Of a stretch of DNA of 64,000 bases, positions 12,215-24,454 are shown piece by piece. This stretch comes from Monocercomonoides exilis PA203 (taxonomy: Eukaryota > Protista > Preaxostyla), in assembly GCA_001643675.2 (NCBI GenBank), contig LSRY02000009.1, forward strand, positions 1,364,001 to 1,428,000, in the 5' to 3' direction. The notes under the pieces are model-generated. The model saw only the letters and a program-made list of their open reading frames with translations, was not told where the DNA came from and searched no databases. The stretch's first letter is position 1. Every line of letters begins with the position of its first letter. The position numbers and the translations under genes are program-made.

Positions 12215-13634
12215 TTATGCAACGATTAAAAGAAGAACCAGAAGCAGAACCAATGGCAGAGGAAGTGATGTTGTTGTATTTGCTCTACCACCAGTCCCTG
12301 AAGACGATGTTCCCCTCCACTGAGTATGCAACGATTTGTGTGGTATCCTTCCAAATGACTGCACATGATGATAGAACTTGCTGTGTTGGTGAGACAGTTG
12401 CAGGGTGGCATGCACATCAGCCTCGCCTGGAAGTGTCACACTGGCAAAGGCAGAGGTGCAACCGAAGCAGTCGAGCAGCCTAAACACAGTCGCACGCCGC
12501 AGCTCAAACTGTGCTGAAGGAGCAAGAATTGCTGGAAAACAAAAGCTTCATTGACTCTGCACATGTACGGGGAGTGCGATTGCGAAGGAGAGTTGACTGC
12601 ATGAAGCATCGAAGCGATTGTTTCCGTGGCCGTTGATGATGATAATGATGATGATATAAAGCAGCTTGTGGTCAGGCTGTGAATGCGAGAGGATCTGAGA
12701 GCGATTATATTGGACAAAGTGGAGAAAGCTGGAAGAAGAAGCTGGATGAACTGCTCTAGCAGCAGGAGAGACAGAAGAGGAATGCCATTTGCAAGATGTG
12801 GGAGAGCTTGTATGAGGGGGGCGTAGTGGGAGAGAAAGGATTGGAAGGATGCAGGAAATGGCTGAAGAACAGGGCCGGAAGGAGAATTGGCGCATTGACA
12901 GCTTTGAAGAAGACTGCCACCTACCCTGCCAGGTGATGCGTTGCAATCTGTTTGTGAATGAGAAGGGAGGCTGAGAGTGCGAGAGTGACTTGACGTGAGC
13001 GAAGCGAATAAGAAAGGTGCCAAACACTGGAATGCGGAAAGGCTCATCATTGGCTCAGAAAAAGAAGAAGTTGAAGATTGAGATGGATGTGGAGCATGTG
13101 CTGGTGGTGAAGATATCATTGAATAAGAGGGAGAAGGAGGAGGAGAAGAAGGAGAAGGTTGCAAAGTGTTTTTAGACGAGGGAAGAGGAAGGAGAATGAG
13201 ATTTAATGATGCATCTTCAGAAGGCAAGCAAAGATGCATCAGATCCAAAGTTTGTCAGAGATTGTGAAGGGAGGAGGGGGAGGGGGAGGGGAAAAAGAAG
13301 TTTTGAAAGAAGCATTGAAGAAAGCAGAGAGCGAAAAGTGCTTGGAGAAGACGAAAAAAAATGCAAAATACAAAAAAATAAGAAATATGAAAAATTTGAA
13401 GGATTTGTAGAACACGACGATGAAGGAGATAGAAAAGGGGATCCAGCAGAAGAGATTGATTTGTGTTGTGGAGGAAATGGCATTGCGACAGAAGGAAATC
13501 AGAGTGCTTGTGGATTCTTCGTTATCAAGGCAGAGTGTCCAAATACGCTTTTGAGTGTTGGAATAATCCGACAGAAGCTGTCAAATTCTGATCGATGCGA
13601 AGTCAAAATCGTGAGAGACTTGCTTGAAAGTTAG
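12215..13634 (+). pseudogene. Degraded coding-like region of unknown family
   Basis: Raised GC and broken purine-rich ORFs with no recognisable motif. Confidence 0.25.
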
Positions 13635-14390
13635 TCGCATCAGCACCTCATGGAGTTGACTGCAGTTATCGCTTTAAGTTTTTGTACCTCAATGCGGTTT
13701 CAATCATTACCTCTAAAATCATTTATCCTGTTGTTTTTTCTTCTGAAAGTATAATTCGAGAATCATTCATCTCTTTTTCCTTCTCACTGCAAGAAAAACC
13801 AGCTTAAATAAAACTTTGATGCACCTGAGGAACAAATGACTTGTTAGAACTCATTTTGACTGCTTTTAAACCAAGCAAACAACGATTTCTTTCTCAAAGC
13901 AAAGCTACAAAATTTATTTTTTCAACAATCATCCACTTGTCGCTTGATTCTTGGCCTAGCTCATAAGTTGGACAAATAATGTTTTGCAGTTTCCGATTTT
14001 TGAAAAGAATAAGGAGTCAAATGGATTTTCATCAAAGAAACCATTCACAAAGGAATAATTGAAGTTTTCGATCGTGATCCAAAAAACTCAACATTTATCT
14101 CATTTTCCCTGTACGTGCATCAAGAAGATTTTTATGTGGTCCATAAAATTGCTCTGCAATTCAACCATTCATTAAAAAGAATTTCTTTTTTGAATGAATG
14201 AAAAAAAACTTCTTGTGGGTGTCATGAGCACTTTCCATCTTTTTCGTTTGCTTTTCCCTGAACATGTTCTTGAAAACTATTAAAAGAGATTATTTTCATG
14301 TTATTATTTCTTATTGATCGAATATGCAATTTGTCATTTTTTGTTTTTCGCTTTCATTTATTTTGTTTTTGTTTTGTCATATATATTCGT

Positions 14391-15233
14391 ATGAAAGCCA
14401 CCACACGCAAATCACATCAAGTTATGCTTACAGATTTGATTGGCACATGCTTGGTCATTGCTTTTATTTCTTTTATTTTGATTCATTATTTTCTTGATCA
14501 ACGAAAACAATCGACACTATCTCCAAGACAATGGAAAAAAAAGATTGCAAATATGCGCACTATTGTTATAAATTTGGAACGAAGACCTGATAGAAAAAGA
14601 CATATGGATTTTCAGTTGAAAGATACTCAACTTCAATACGAATTCTTTCCAGCAGTTGATGGAAAACTTCTAAATTCGACTGAATGCACAAATGAAAGAC
14701 TTTCATTTTTGAGCCGAATACATCCTCGCACGAAATTCAATTTTACAGACGCTTGCAAAACATTGAGTCCGTATTCCAGGATATATGGAGTTATTGGTTG
14801 CTGGCAAAGCCATCTTCAAATATATTTTGACATCGTTGAAAGGGCAAAGAAAACAGGTGTTGATGGGCCTGTTCTTATTTTGGAAGATGATGCAAATGTT
14901 CCTGCAAATTTGAAGCAAATACTACTTAATTTAATGCCTCAACTACCTGATAATTGGGATGCATTTTTCTTGGGAAGACATCATCAAAACTGCTCTGTAA
15001 ATGTGTCTAAAGATTTGTGCAAACTTGATATGTTCTGGGGTGCTTATGGATATGTTTTGAACGGAGCAAAAGCAGCAGAGAAGTTGATAAGTATATCCAA
15101 CACTGAAATGGTACAATATATTGACGTAGTTTGGTTGTCGTATACCGGAGGCTATTTAAATTTCTATACTGCACACGGTGATGAAATTGTTAAAGAGAAT
15201 GAAGACCTTGGGCATAAAAGCGATATCAAATAA
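14391..15233 (+). CDS. Glycosyltransferase family 25 protein with N-terminal membrane anchor
   Basis: Intact intronless ORF with GT25 motifs 'VINLERRPDR', 'FFPAVDG', 'GCWQSH', 'LILEDD', 'GAYGYVL'. Hydrophobic 'LIGTCLVIAFISFILIHYFL'. Start at 14391 is preferred over 14298. Confidence 0.9.
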   Translation: MKATTRKSHQVMLTDLIGTCLVIAFISFILIHYFLDQRKQSTLSPRQWKKKIANMRTIVINLERRPDRKRHMDFQLKDTQLQYEFFPAVDGKLLNSTECTNERLSFLSRIHPRTKFNFTDACKTLSPYSRIYGVIGCWQSHLQIYFDIVERAKKTGVDGPVLILEDDANVPANLKQILLNLMPQLPDNWDAFFLGRHHQNCSVNVSKDLCKLDMFWGAYGYVLNGAKAAEKLISISNTEMVQYIDVVWLSYTGGYLNFYTAHGDEIVKENEDLGHKSDIK

Positions 15234-16228
15234 AAAAGCAATCATCTGAAAAGAAGATTTATCAAACATTTTCTTTTTATAAACAGAGAAAGTTAGATAA
15301 AGTATTTATTTTTTTGAACATTTCAATACATAGATTTTCTATTTTCTATTTCTTTTTTTTTGTGGGGAAGGAAGATTTAACTTGTCAGTTGACATTCAAA
15401 ACTTATTATTTTCTTCTTCTTTTTAATAGAAAAATTGATGAACAAACAGATTTATATATCAATTTATTCATAAATCTCAATTCACCACCATTATTATTAT
15501 TATTTATTTTTTAAAAATCTCTTGAATCATTAAACTTTAAAGGTTTTGGAAATTACTGAAAGTTATTCACACTCAACCGTTGGATTGGGACGGAAAATTT
15601 TGCTTTCAAAAATTTGATACACTTTTCATTAGATGAATTGTGAATAGATTTTTTTAAATTTTAATAAGCCAGATTTATACAAATGAACTCATGTTTATCC
15701 GAATAGATCATGTTTATTTGAATAAACTGAGTTCATTTAAGATTGACTGAGTTCATTAGAGAAACTAAAAATTGGATAAAAAACAAATATTTAAAATTTT
15801 ATTAAATTGATTGAAAAAAATATTAAAATATTATTTGTATATTAATAATGCAGTTTTGGAAATGATTTTTGATGTTTTCGAAATTCTTTCAAAGATCAAA
15901 AGGATCAAAACATTTTTAAAACAATAAAAATCCTTTTTCTCCAATACATAATTCAAAACACATCAATATTACATTCGTTAATTATTTAACTTCTGTGCAT
16001 GCAATCTACATGTTTTAACATGCGTTTTAAATTGAAAAAAAGAAGAATTTCGTGTGCTATGAAATTAATAATATTCTTTTAATTTGAGATAAATTAGTCA
16101 ATTGAAAATTGTTGAACGACAAATTGAACTGCCTCAATATATACGCAAACAATTTGTTTTAAGACTTTGATTGGTTCGATAACATTAAAAGATTGATAAA
16201 AACAACCGGCCAGTATTTGAAATTGATA

Positions 16229-17212
16229 GGGTCATATTTTTATTAGTACCCCGTTTTTTATTTGATCCTAAATTTTTTTTTCTCAAATTGCTTCATATAG
16301 AAGCTTATACGCAATGAGTATAATTTTAAAACAAATGATATATTATTATAAGGTTGTATACCAAATATTTTTGAAAATCATTTCTTTAGACAAAAGATCT
16401 GAATTTTTTAAGTTTTATTTTTTGATCAATGTTTTGCTCGTGTTTCCACGAGTTTTTGAAACCGAGTGTTTTCCTTGTTGGCATTGTTTTTGAACTTTTC
16501 TTTTTAACATTTTTGATTATTTTATAACATGAAAAACTCTTTTTTTTTCACTAGTTTTCACACCTCTCCTTTTTTTTGTAAAATTGAAATTTTGAAGAAA
16601 TATGTTGTTATTTTTTGAATTAATCATACGTGCATGATTTGCAAATTAGTATATCAAATAATTAATGTGATGAAAAATTGAATTAAAAAGTATTTATATC
16701 AGAAAATGAAAAAGATGATATTTTGTATTTCTCGTTTTATTTTTCATACACACATAAATTTCAAAGAAAGCTTAAATATTAAACATTACATAAGATAATG
16801 CATCGTTGAAAAACAAGCAATCTTATTAAAAACAATTTCCTTTGTTGATATTATCGATTTACAAAAAAAAAGGAGAGGTGTGAAAACTAGTGAAAAAAAA
16901 AGAGTTTTTCATGTTATAAAATAATCAAAAATGTTAAAAAGAAAAGTTCAAAAACAATGCTAACAAGGAAAACACTCGGTTTCAAAAACTCATGGAGAAA
17001 CGAGCAAAACATTGATCAAAAAATAAAACTTAAAAAATTCAGATCTTTTGTCTAAAGAAATGATTTTCAAAAATATTTGGTATACAACCTTATAATAATA
17101 TATCATTTGTTTTAAAATTATACTCATTGCGTATAAGCTTCTATATGAAGCAATTTGAGAAAAAAAAATTTAGGATCAAATAAAAAACGGGGTACTAATA
17201 AAAATATGACCC
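16229..17212. mobile_element. 984-bp palindromic element P3, TA target duplication
   Basis: TA|GGGTCATATTTTTATTAGTACCCC...GGGGTACTAATAAAAATATGACCC|TA. Arms of about 355 bp with few mismatches, alignable with P2. Confidence 0.92.
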
Positions 17213-17339
17213 TATTTTTTTTTAAAAAAAGATAATAAATCAAATAAACAAGTCTTCATAATTTCATTGAATAATGAACAGAGTTCAAACGCTTTTCTCT
17301 TTCTATTTGAATAAGCTTATTACACAAGCATTTCTTATT

Positions 17340-19600
17340 TCATTGTTGTCCGCCTGTCTGGAACATGCGAAATGTTTTTCCGCTCATTCCAAGCCATCAA
17401 AGCCGAAAGTTCCATTCTGATTGATTCACAAGGCAGCAGAATTGATTTTACAAATGTTTCCGTGAGCAACGTGGAACTGAAGTGTAAAAGTATTGTTGCA
17501 GTGTTGGCACAGACTGAGTGGAGAATCAAGTTTAAAAAATTGAATGAAAGTGGCAGCCTAACAAAACAACTCAAATGCTGTTTCCTTCACTCACTCCTCC
17601 AAAGTGCTCCTTCTGAGCCCTCCATCATCAGCTGAATCTTCGGCTAGTCTTTTAGCGCGTCTGTGCAAAACACTTCAATCAAGAATTGTGGAAGCAGCCA
17701 GAGCGAAAGTGGAGGAGGAATGATCATGAAATAAAACGAGGGAGGGTTTTTTGAGTGTCGTTTTTCTTCCGACTTGGGGTGTTTCTGCAAGGAAAGTGGA
17801 AGAAGAGGCGCAATATTCCTGGATTGCTCATCGATCGCGAGCGATGGTCCTTTGCCGTTCCTCTTGGAAAACACCTCGTTCATGAAGAACAAAGCATTTG
17901 TTGGAAGAGACGTGTATGTGAAATGCGCGAATGAAAAAATTCAAATTGGCACCGAGCTGTTCGAGATCGATTTCAGAGCACAGTTTGTTCGGGATCTTGC
18001 CATGTGGGGATGCACTGCATAAAACAAGGTTGAAGAGCAAGATCTCTTGCTTATCGTGATTGTATGCCAGAGTGAGACAACATTTGCATCTTCTTCAGCT
18101 AGCAACGCATCTGACATACGCCAGTGTGGTGCAATGAGCAAACCGTGCATTTCGCTGAATGCTACGCTGCCTCACATCATTCCTTCTGTTTTCAGCAATT
18201 TGCTGATTGACAAAAGCGCTGAGGTGACAGGGGAAGCAAGCGCTTGCGATGTCTCGATCAAGTCGCTGGATGCGGAAGGCGCCAGAAGGAATGTTGTGCT
18301 GAACAGCAGCATCGGAAGCAAGACGAAAAGCCTTTGTTCGTGCTAGTTGCGAGTCAAAATCGAATTTCTTTCGTTTTTGTTTGGAAGAGTTTTTTCTTCT
18401 CTTAACTCCAGCTTATTATCCCTTGCCAATGGCAACTTGTAGATTGCAGACACAATATTTGCTCAAGAAGCTTCTGGTGGAGGTTCTGAAATTTAACTGA
18501 ATTGCTTAATTGTTGAAATAAGTGGTAGAAGATTGACGATGTCTGACTGAACTTTTGCCAGCCTCTGTCTCAGTTCTTCGTGCCTGGCAACAAGTCGTGG
18601 ACAATATTTCTCGTGAACATTTCCGACATGAATTCTGCTGTGTTGTTGGACTTCAGCAATCTGGTGAACCTCTCCATGCAGCAGGTGCTTATTTCCAGTT
18701 GCGCACTTGAGCAATTCGCCTTTCTCATTCACAGCTGCAAAGACTTCCAGCTGCAGAAGGTTCAAATCAGAAATGCAGAGAGCATAGCAAGCTTGATTGT
18801 GTTTTCCTCAGACGGTTCAGAAGGTTATTCAAATATCCAGTGCTATCACTTGGAATTCGATGATACACAAGTGTCAAGGGAATCTTTTATTTCTGTCGAA
18901 TGCCAACAAATAAATGCCGAGATGAATTTCTTGGTCATTTCCAACATGATGCTTGGAGAAAGACGCTCTGCGAACATGAAGTCAAATACTTCGTTATTCA
19001 AACTGAAGCTGTCATCGTTTCAAAACACAACCCGATATTTACTTATCCCGTACTGCTTTGCGTCTTTATCTTCGTCTTTGTTGCTGGAATTGGAGAACTG
19101 CTCGAACAAAAAGTGTGCTTCGCCATCTGAAAAAGGGAGTATTGTAGCGTTGGCAGATTTGGCAGATGCTAGCATGTCTTCGTGTGTGTTTGACGGAGCA
19201 GCAAGCGCACCAGAGTTGAGAGCAAACGACGAGCGATAAGAAGAGCTGTGCCAGTGGAGCGGATCGATGGTTGATCTTCAGAATTGCACAGGAAGGATAA
19301 TAAACACGAGCATTGCCAACTCGTCGAAAAGATGGGTTCCTGTGTTCTGTTGAAGCACCTGTGTGCAATTTGCATTATTTGTCAACAACAGCCGAGTGCA
19401 GTGGGTTATTCGTACATAAGGAACAATTACGCCTGCTCTGACCATGCGCTTTTGAATATTCATAGCCTGAAAATCGGGGATGGCTTTCTTCCGAACATTT
19501 CGATGTGGATTTCCACCAGTTTGAGAACATTGGAAAAAATAGCTTCAGAAAGAGCATCTCGTTCATCATTCAACAGCTGAATTCATGATATCTTGTTAAG
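17340..19600 (+). pseudogene. Degraded beta-helix surface-like protein family gene
   Basis: Broken ORFs 'GRRGAIFLDC...NKAFVGRDVYVKC' and 'DIRQCGAMSKPCISL'. Many stops. Confidence 0.6.
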
Positions 19601-21296
19601 AAGGCAATGCCATATCCCTGGATCTCATTGGCTCTTCGTTCATTCCCTGGCACTAACTCCTCCAGAATGATTTTGTCAATTAATCCCTCCACAGACTCAG
19701 AAATATCCGCTGTAAGTTGAACTTTTTGAAAATGAAACTTTAATCCGTGCAGTCATCCCAGCCTCAATCGCAACTTCGGTGTCTGACAATATTGAAGTGG
19801 CTGCAAGACCATGACAAAGAGCTCAAATACAGTGCATCAACTGCACAATTTCTTTTGAAGAACAGCAGTGAAGTTTTATTAAAAACGATGAAAGAATTGC
19901 TGAAGGAAGAAGAGAAAGAAAACCGTCTCGATCATCGATTGCAATTGTTATCACATCGATAATTCTTAAGACGCATTTGATTGGATGTATTATGTTTAAT
20001 GCTCGTTGGAATAAGGTTTCGAATGAAGCGGAAGATTTGAGACAGATAGTTGATGATACAATAAAAAAGGTTCTGAATGCATATGAATGTTGACTATAGA
20101 GAAATCGCCAGACCATCAAAGGAGGAAAGCGGAGAAGAATGAAGAAAAGCGGAATATTGAGAGGCTTCGTGAAAAAAACTGATTAATAAATGTGTAATCT
20201 ATTCAGTCAACGGAGAAAGTGGTAAAGATGAAAGCCGCATCAATCTGCTGATTCGACTGAGTGCTACAGAATTATACGCTTTGTTTGTGTGGATCACTCC
20301 ACGAACATCAACAGAAACAAATTTTTGTTTTTTTATATTTAATTATACAGAGATCAAATGAAAAACATAAAAGTTGGAATGGAATAAAATAATGATAACA
20401 AATTGAAATTTGCATTCATTTCTTCCTCTGTTTGTCAAATAAATTTTTCTTTAAACATATATCTAATATTGTTTAAGAATAAAGAAAAATCTCTATTTTT
20501 TATAGTTTTTCAATTTTTTTGTTGATAAAAAAAAAGATAAAATACAAAAATATTATCTTTAGTCTTCATAACTTTTTCATAAAATATTTATTTGAGCGTA
20601 TTGCACTTTATTCAAGTGTCACTCGACCATTTTAAATAACAAGACTTCATTAAAGAAAAACCCAGTTCATTCAAATGTGTTGTATTTTTTCGAATAAAAA
20701 GAATCTGTTAACAATTCATCCATTGAACATTATGGTTAGAGGGGACATATCGACTGGTTCAAAAATAGTCTTAAAGAAGATATTTTGCTTTTCAAAACTC
20801 ACTTTTCTGAACGTTAAAATTCTCAAATAGGAGAAACATTCGATAAAAAACTGAAAATTTTTTATATCTAGAAAGCGATTTTTGTCAAAAATTAATGCTC
20901 AAACCCCAAAGATAAATCAGAGAGAATATTTCTTTTAGGTTTTCATTTCGAAAAAGATGGTTTATCCATTGTCAATGTGTTTATTTGTGTTATATTTGAC
21001 GAAAACTTTTAATTAGATCAACTGATGAGGGTTGTTTTTTAATTTAAAGTGGTGTAGTTTTCAAAATAATAATTCCTGTTGGATTCAAAAAATAGGTTTT
21101 CTCATCTTTGAATCACTGTTATTCGAAAACCACTTCAGAAAAATCATAATTGCATTCATAAGTGATAGTCTAAATATATAAAAACGAACAAATCGAAAAG
21201 TTTTTCCGTTCGTTATCTGACCACATACCAATATTACTGTGGGTTTAACCTTTTTTTTTGCTTTTTTGCTTTTTCAATAATTTTCAGTGATGATAA

Positions 21297-21551
21297 GGGT
21301 GATTATTTTTGAAATCATATTATTTCATTCAACAATTTCGGTGCAAAAATATTTCAAGAATATCAATAAAAAAAAATTGAAAAGTGAAAAGGCTTATTGA
21401 ATTTATTATAATTTATGATTCGGTAAAACCGTATGTTTTTAAAACAATTATCATGGTTTTTCTCCTTTGAATCAAAATTTTCTTTCAAAAAAGAACAATC
21501 ATGGAAAAATCAACACCCCGAAAAAAGATATGATTTCAAAAATAATTACCC
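21297..21551. mobile_element. 255-bp MITE (family M), 4-bp TSD ATAA
   Basis: ATAA|GGGTGATTATTTTTGAAATCATA...TATGATTTCAAAAATAATTACCC|ATAA. Homologous to 40633-40887 in the opposite orientation. Confidence 0.85.
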
Positions 21552-21555
21552 ATAA

Positions 21556-23950
21556 TGAAAAAAGAAATTTCTCAACCATTTGATGTTTTAAAACAAAGAT
21601 TTAGAAATATTCAAAAACGAAAACATAATGGGAACAAATCACGTGAATAAAGAAAATGATCGATTGAAACTTTTTTATGATAAAAAATTCATTGAAAAAA
21701 AGAACGAATGAGTCCTCTGATTATTTTTCTTTTGTTCACGACAAAATAATACAGATTTTCAGTCCAAACACAGCCAATTTAGTTTTCAACGACATATCTA
21801 ATGCATCACCTTCTGATAACTTTGAATTAGTGAAATTTTTGCATTCATCAATTTCAATTCATTCTCCAGCAAAAGATTCGTGTCGCACAATCGCGTTTAT
21901 CACTCCTTTTGGAAAAACAAGAGTTGATTCAATATTGGATACTCCTCTTGAACAGAAAACAAAGCAAAAAGGCAAACCTTTATCGATTGATGCCAAAGAA
22001 GAAGAAAAGCTAGTCAAACCATGCATTCAAAAAATATGATGAAGGAGATCTATTTCCACAAAGGACATTTCTCGATAATGTGAATCAAACTTTTGAAAAA
22101 AACTTAACATACAACTACAGTCGCTATTTCCTGAAAAGGTGTCAGTCTAATCTTTATGAGCAAATTGCAACTCCATTTGAAAGCAAACGGTATGTTGTAA
22201 CATAAGACAGTGGATTAGAATACAAAAATAAATTGACACAAAAACTTGAAGGAATTAGAGCAGAGCTAATAATCTGTATGGACGAGACAGGCGTCCAAGA
22301 GAATGTTGATTCAAAAAAAAGGAGAGTGATTTGCCCAAAAGAAACAGGCAAAGGAAGTGCAATATTCAAGGTTCTTCGAGACAACAGATTAGTATCTGTT
22401 ATTGGTTGTATCCCATTAATTGGATTTTCCGTTAAACCGATGCTGCTGATCAAAAGGCAAACAATTGAAGAAGATACGAACTCAAAACTTATTTTAGGAA
22501 TTGATTTCGAAATTTGATGGGGCATAGTGTTTCACTTCATGCATTTTTATTGAAAAATAATTTTTTTTTGATGAACTTTTTTAAATCAAAAAACACATAA
22601 AGAATAGGTCCATTTTTTAACATTCGTGAAATGTTTAAAAACTTTGTGTTTCGATTTCAACGATGCCTGTTTACGGATATGAAAATCTAATATGTTTTTA
22701 AATCTGAGAAAGTGAAATAAAGTTAGGAGTGAAACAATTTTTTGAACTTTGAGCAAAAAAAGCTTGAAAGTCCGTATTTTCCACCAGATCATTTTCCAAA
22801 GGCTGCAGTTCATCTGTTGTGTTTGCTTATTGGATCAACGATTGCTTTTTACCTCACATAAATAAAATAAAAACAAATGTTAACGAAAAAACTCTATTTC
22901 TGGATGATGGACATTCTTCTCATTCTTCTCAAAAAGCAATTAACTTATTATTAAATAATAATGTTGATTTGTTTTTTATTTTAACTCATTCTTCACATTT
23001 ATTATAACCCTTTGATCTTGCCACTTTTTCCATTTTTAAAACAGAAATTCGAAGTCTATCAACAATCGTGCCATCAATAACTCAAGCAAAGCTAGTTGAT
23101 AACATAGTGCGAAGCTATCAAATGGCCACATATCCATATTTTTTTCGAGCAGGATTTCTTTGAGCAGGAATATCTATTAAATGAGTTAATTCCACTTTTA
23201 CTGGCGAATAAAACAAAGAACATATCGATAAGCAAATTAATCAAATGAATTCAGAAGACAGATCGCAAGAAATTGCAACTGAAAAGCTTACAATAATGAA
23301 CACGAAAAATTGGATTCATGGATTTCTGAAAACTCAGACATGCTTTCCAAAGCATGAAAGAAAAAAAGAATCAAAATTGGATCTGATAAATATTCGTTAT
23401 TCACGAGAAAAAGAGAAGATCAATCAAATTCAAAGCGTGTTTTAATGAAACAAAAATTGAAAAAAATACAAATTGAAGAAAGACGACACGAAGAGAATGG
23501 GAAAGATAGTTAGCAACAGAAGAAAAATCAAATACAACGAACAAAGAGGTTTCATTCTCCATTCCGATGACACTGACTGTGATAGAAAAAAAAGAAAGAT
23601 TTTCGAATATTCAAACGAAAACAGCTGCAAGCATGATAACCAATACCAATTTCAAACCAGAGACATAACTTTATTATTTACAAACCAAACAGAAACAGAG
23701 ACAGATGACAACGATTGTGAATATTTCAATGACAACGATATGAACATCAGTTTGGAATTGATAAGCGATGAAGAAACAGAAAACTGTGAAAGTGATGATG
23801 ATCTTGATCAGAAGGATAATGAAAAAAGTAATTCTGAGCCCAGTGATGAATGCAAATGCCCCGTATATCACACAAGAAGCATTCGAATTCAAAAATACTC
23901 CAATGTCTATCAAAATGACCTTGAATCATCTGAGGATGACATTTGATAAA
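21556..23950 (+). pseudogene. pogo/Tc1-mariner-superfamily (DDE_1/CENP-B-like) transposase, decayed
   Basis: 'IICMDETG', 'LFLDDGHSSH', 'HSSHLL*PFDLA' and an acidic tail. Stops and frameshifts. TIRs not identified. Confidence 0.8.
22519..22785. mobile_element. About 267-bp AT-rich insertion (probable old MITE) inside the DDE transposase
   Basis: Splits 'GIDFEI' from 'SFSKGCSSSVVFAYW'. GG...CC ends with only weak inverted similarity. Not bounded by GT-AG. Confidence 0.4.
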
Positions 23951-24454
23951 TGAAAGTTGTCAGAGAAAACTTTTACGAAAATAAATCATGTTCATTGGAT
24001 ATTTGTGACTGGCAACAAACTGAATAGACAAACATCGAAGCTATGTACGTGAACAGATATCAATATCATTCAGAATTCATAAAACAGTTGTTCAAACAAA
24101 TAAATGTTAGTGTGTTCTTCACAGTCTTGATTATTTATGATAATAATTTTGCACTTTCTTCTTTTAAAGTTTCCTCTCTTTTTTTTCTTCTTTCCCATAT
24201 AAATATTCTATTTGCATTTTGACAGATGCTTCAAACAGTTATTATAAGTGATGATGGAAGCCCAAAAAACAAGATAACAACGAAAATTGATGAATTCAAT
24301 TTTAAAACCGATTTGTTAAAGAAACTTCAAGAAAAGTGTTGATCAACACAAATTGAGGAAAACAGTTTACAGTGTTGCAAGTTTGAAATGGTTCAAAACA
24401 AATAATGTTAATGAAAACGATTTTTTCATTAATTTATTTAGGGTGATTAATTAA

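Noticed and set aside
15681-15757. CRISPR-like short repeats
   Set aside because: Only 3-4 degenerate units of about 20 bp forming a small hairpin, with no unique spacers or cas genes, in a eukaryotic context.
21556-23950. The pogo-like transposase as the mobiliser of the TA-flanked 984-bp palindromes
   Set aside because: No TIRs matching P1-P3 were found around it, so the link is unsupported.
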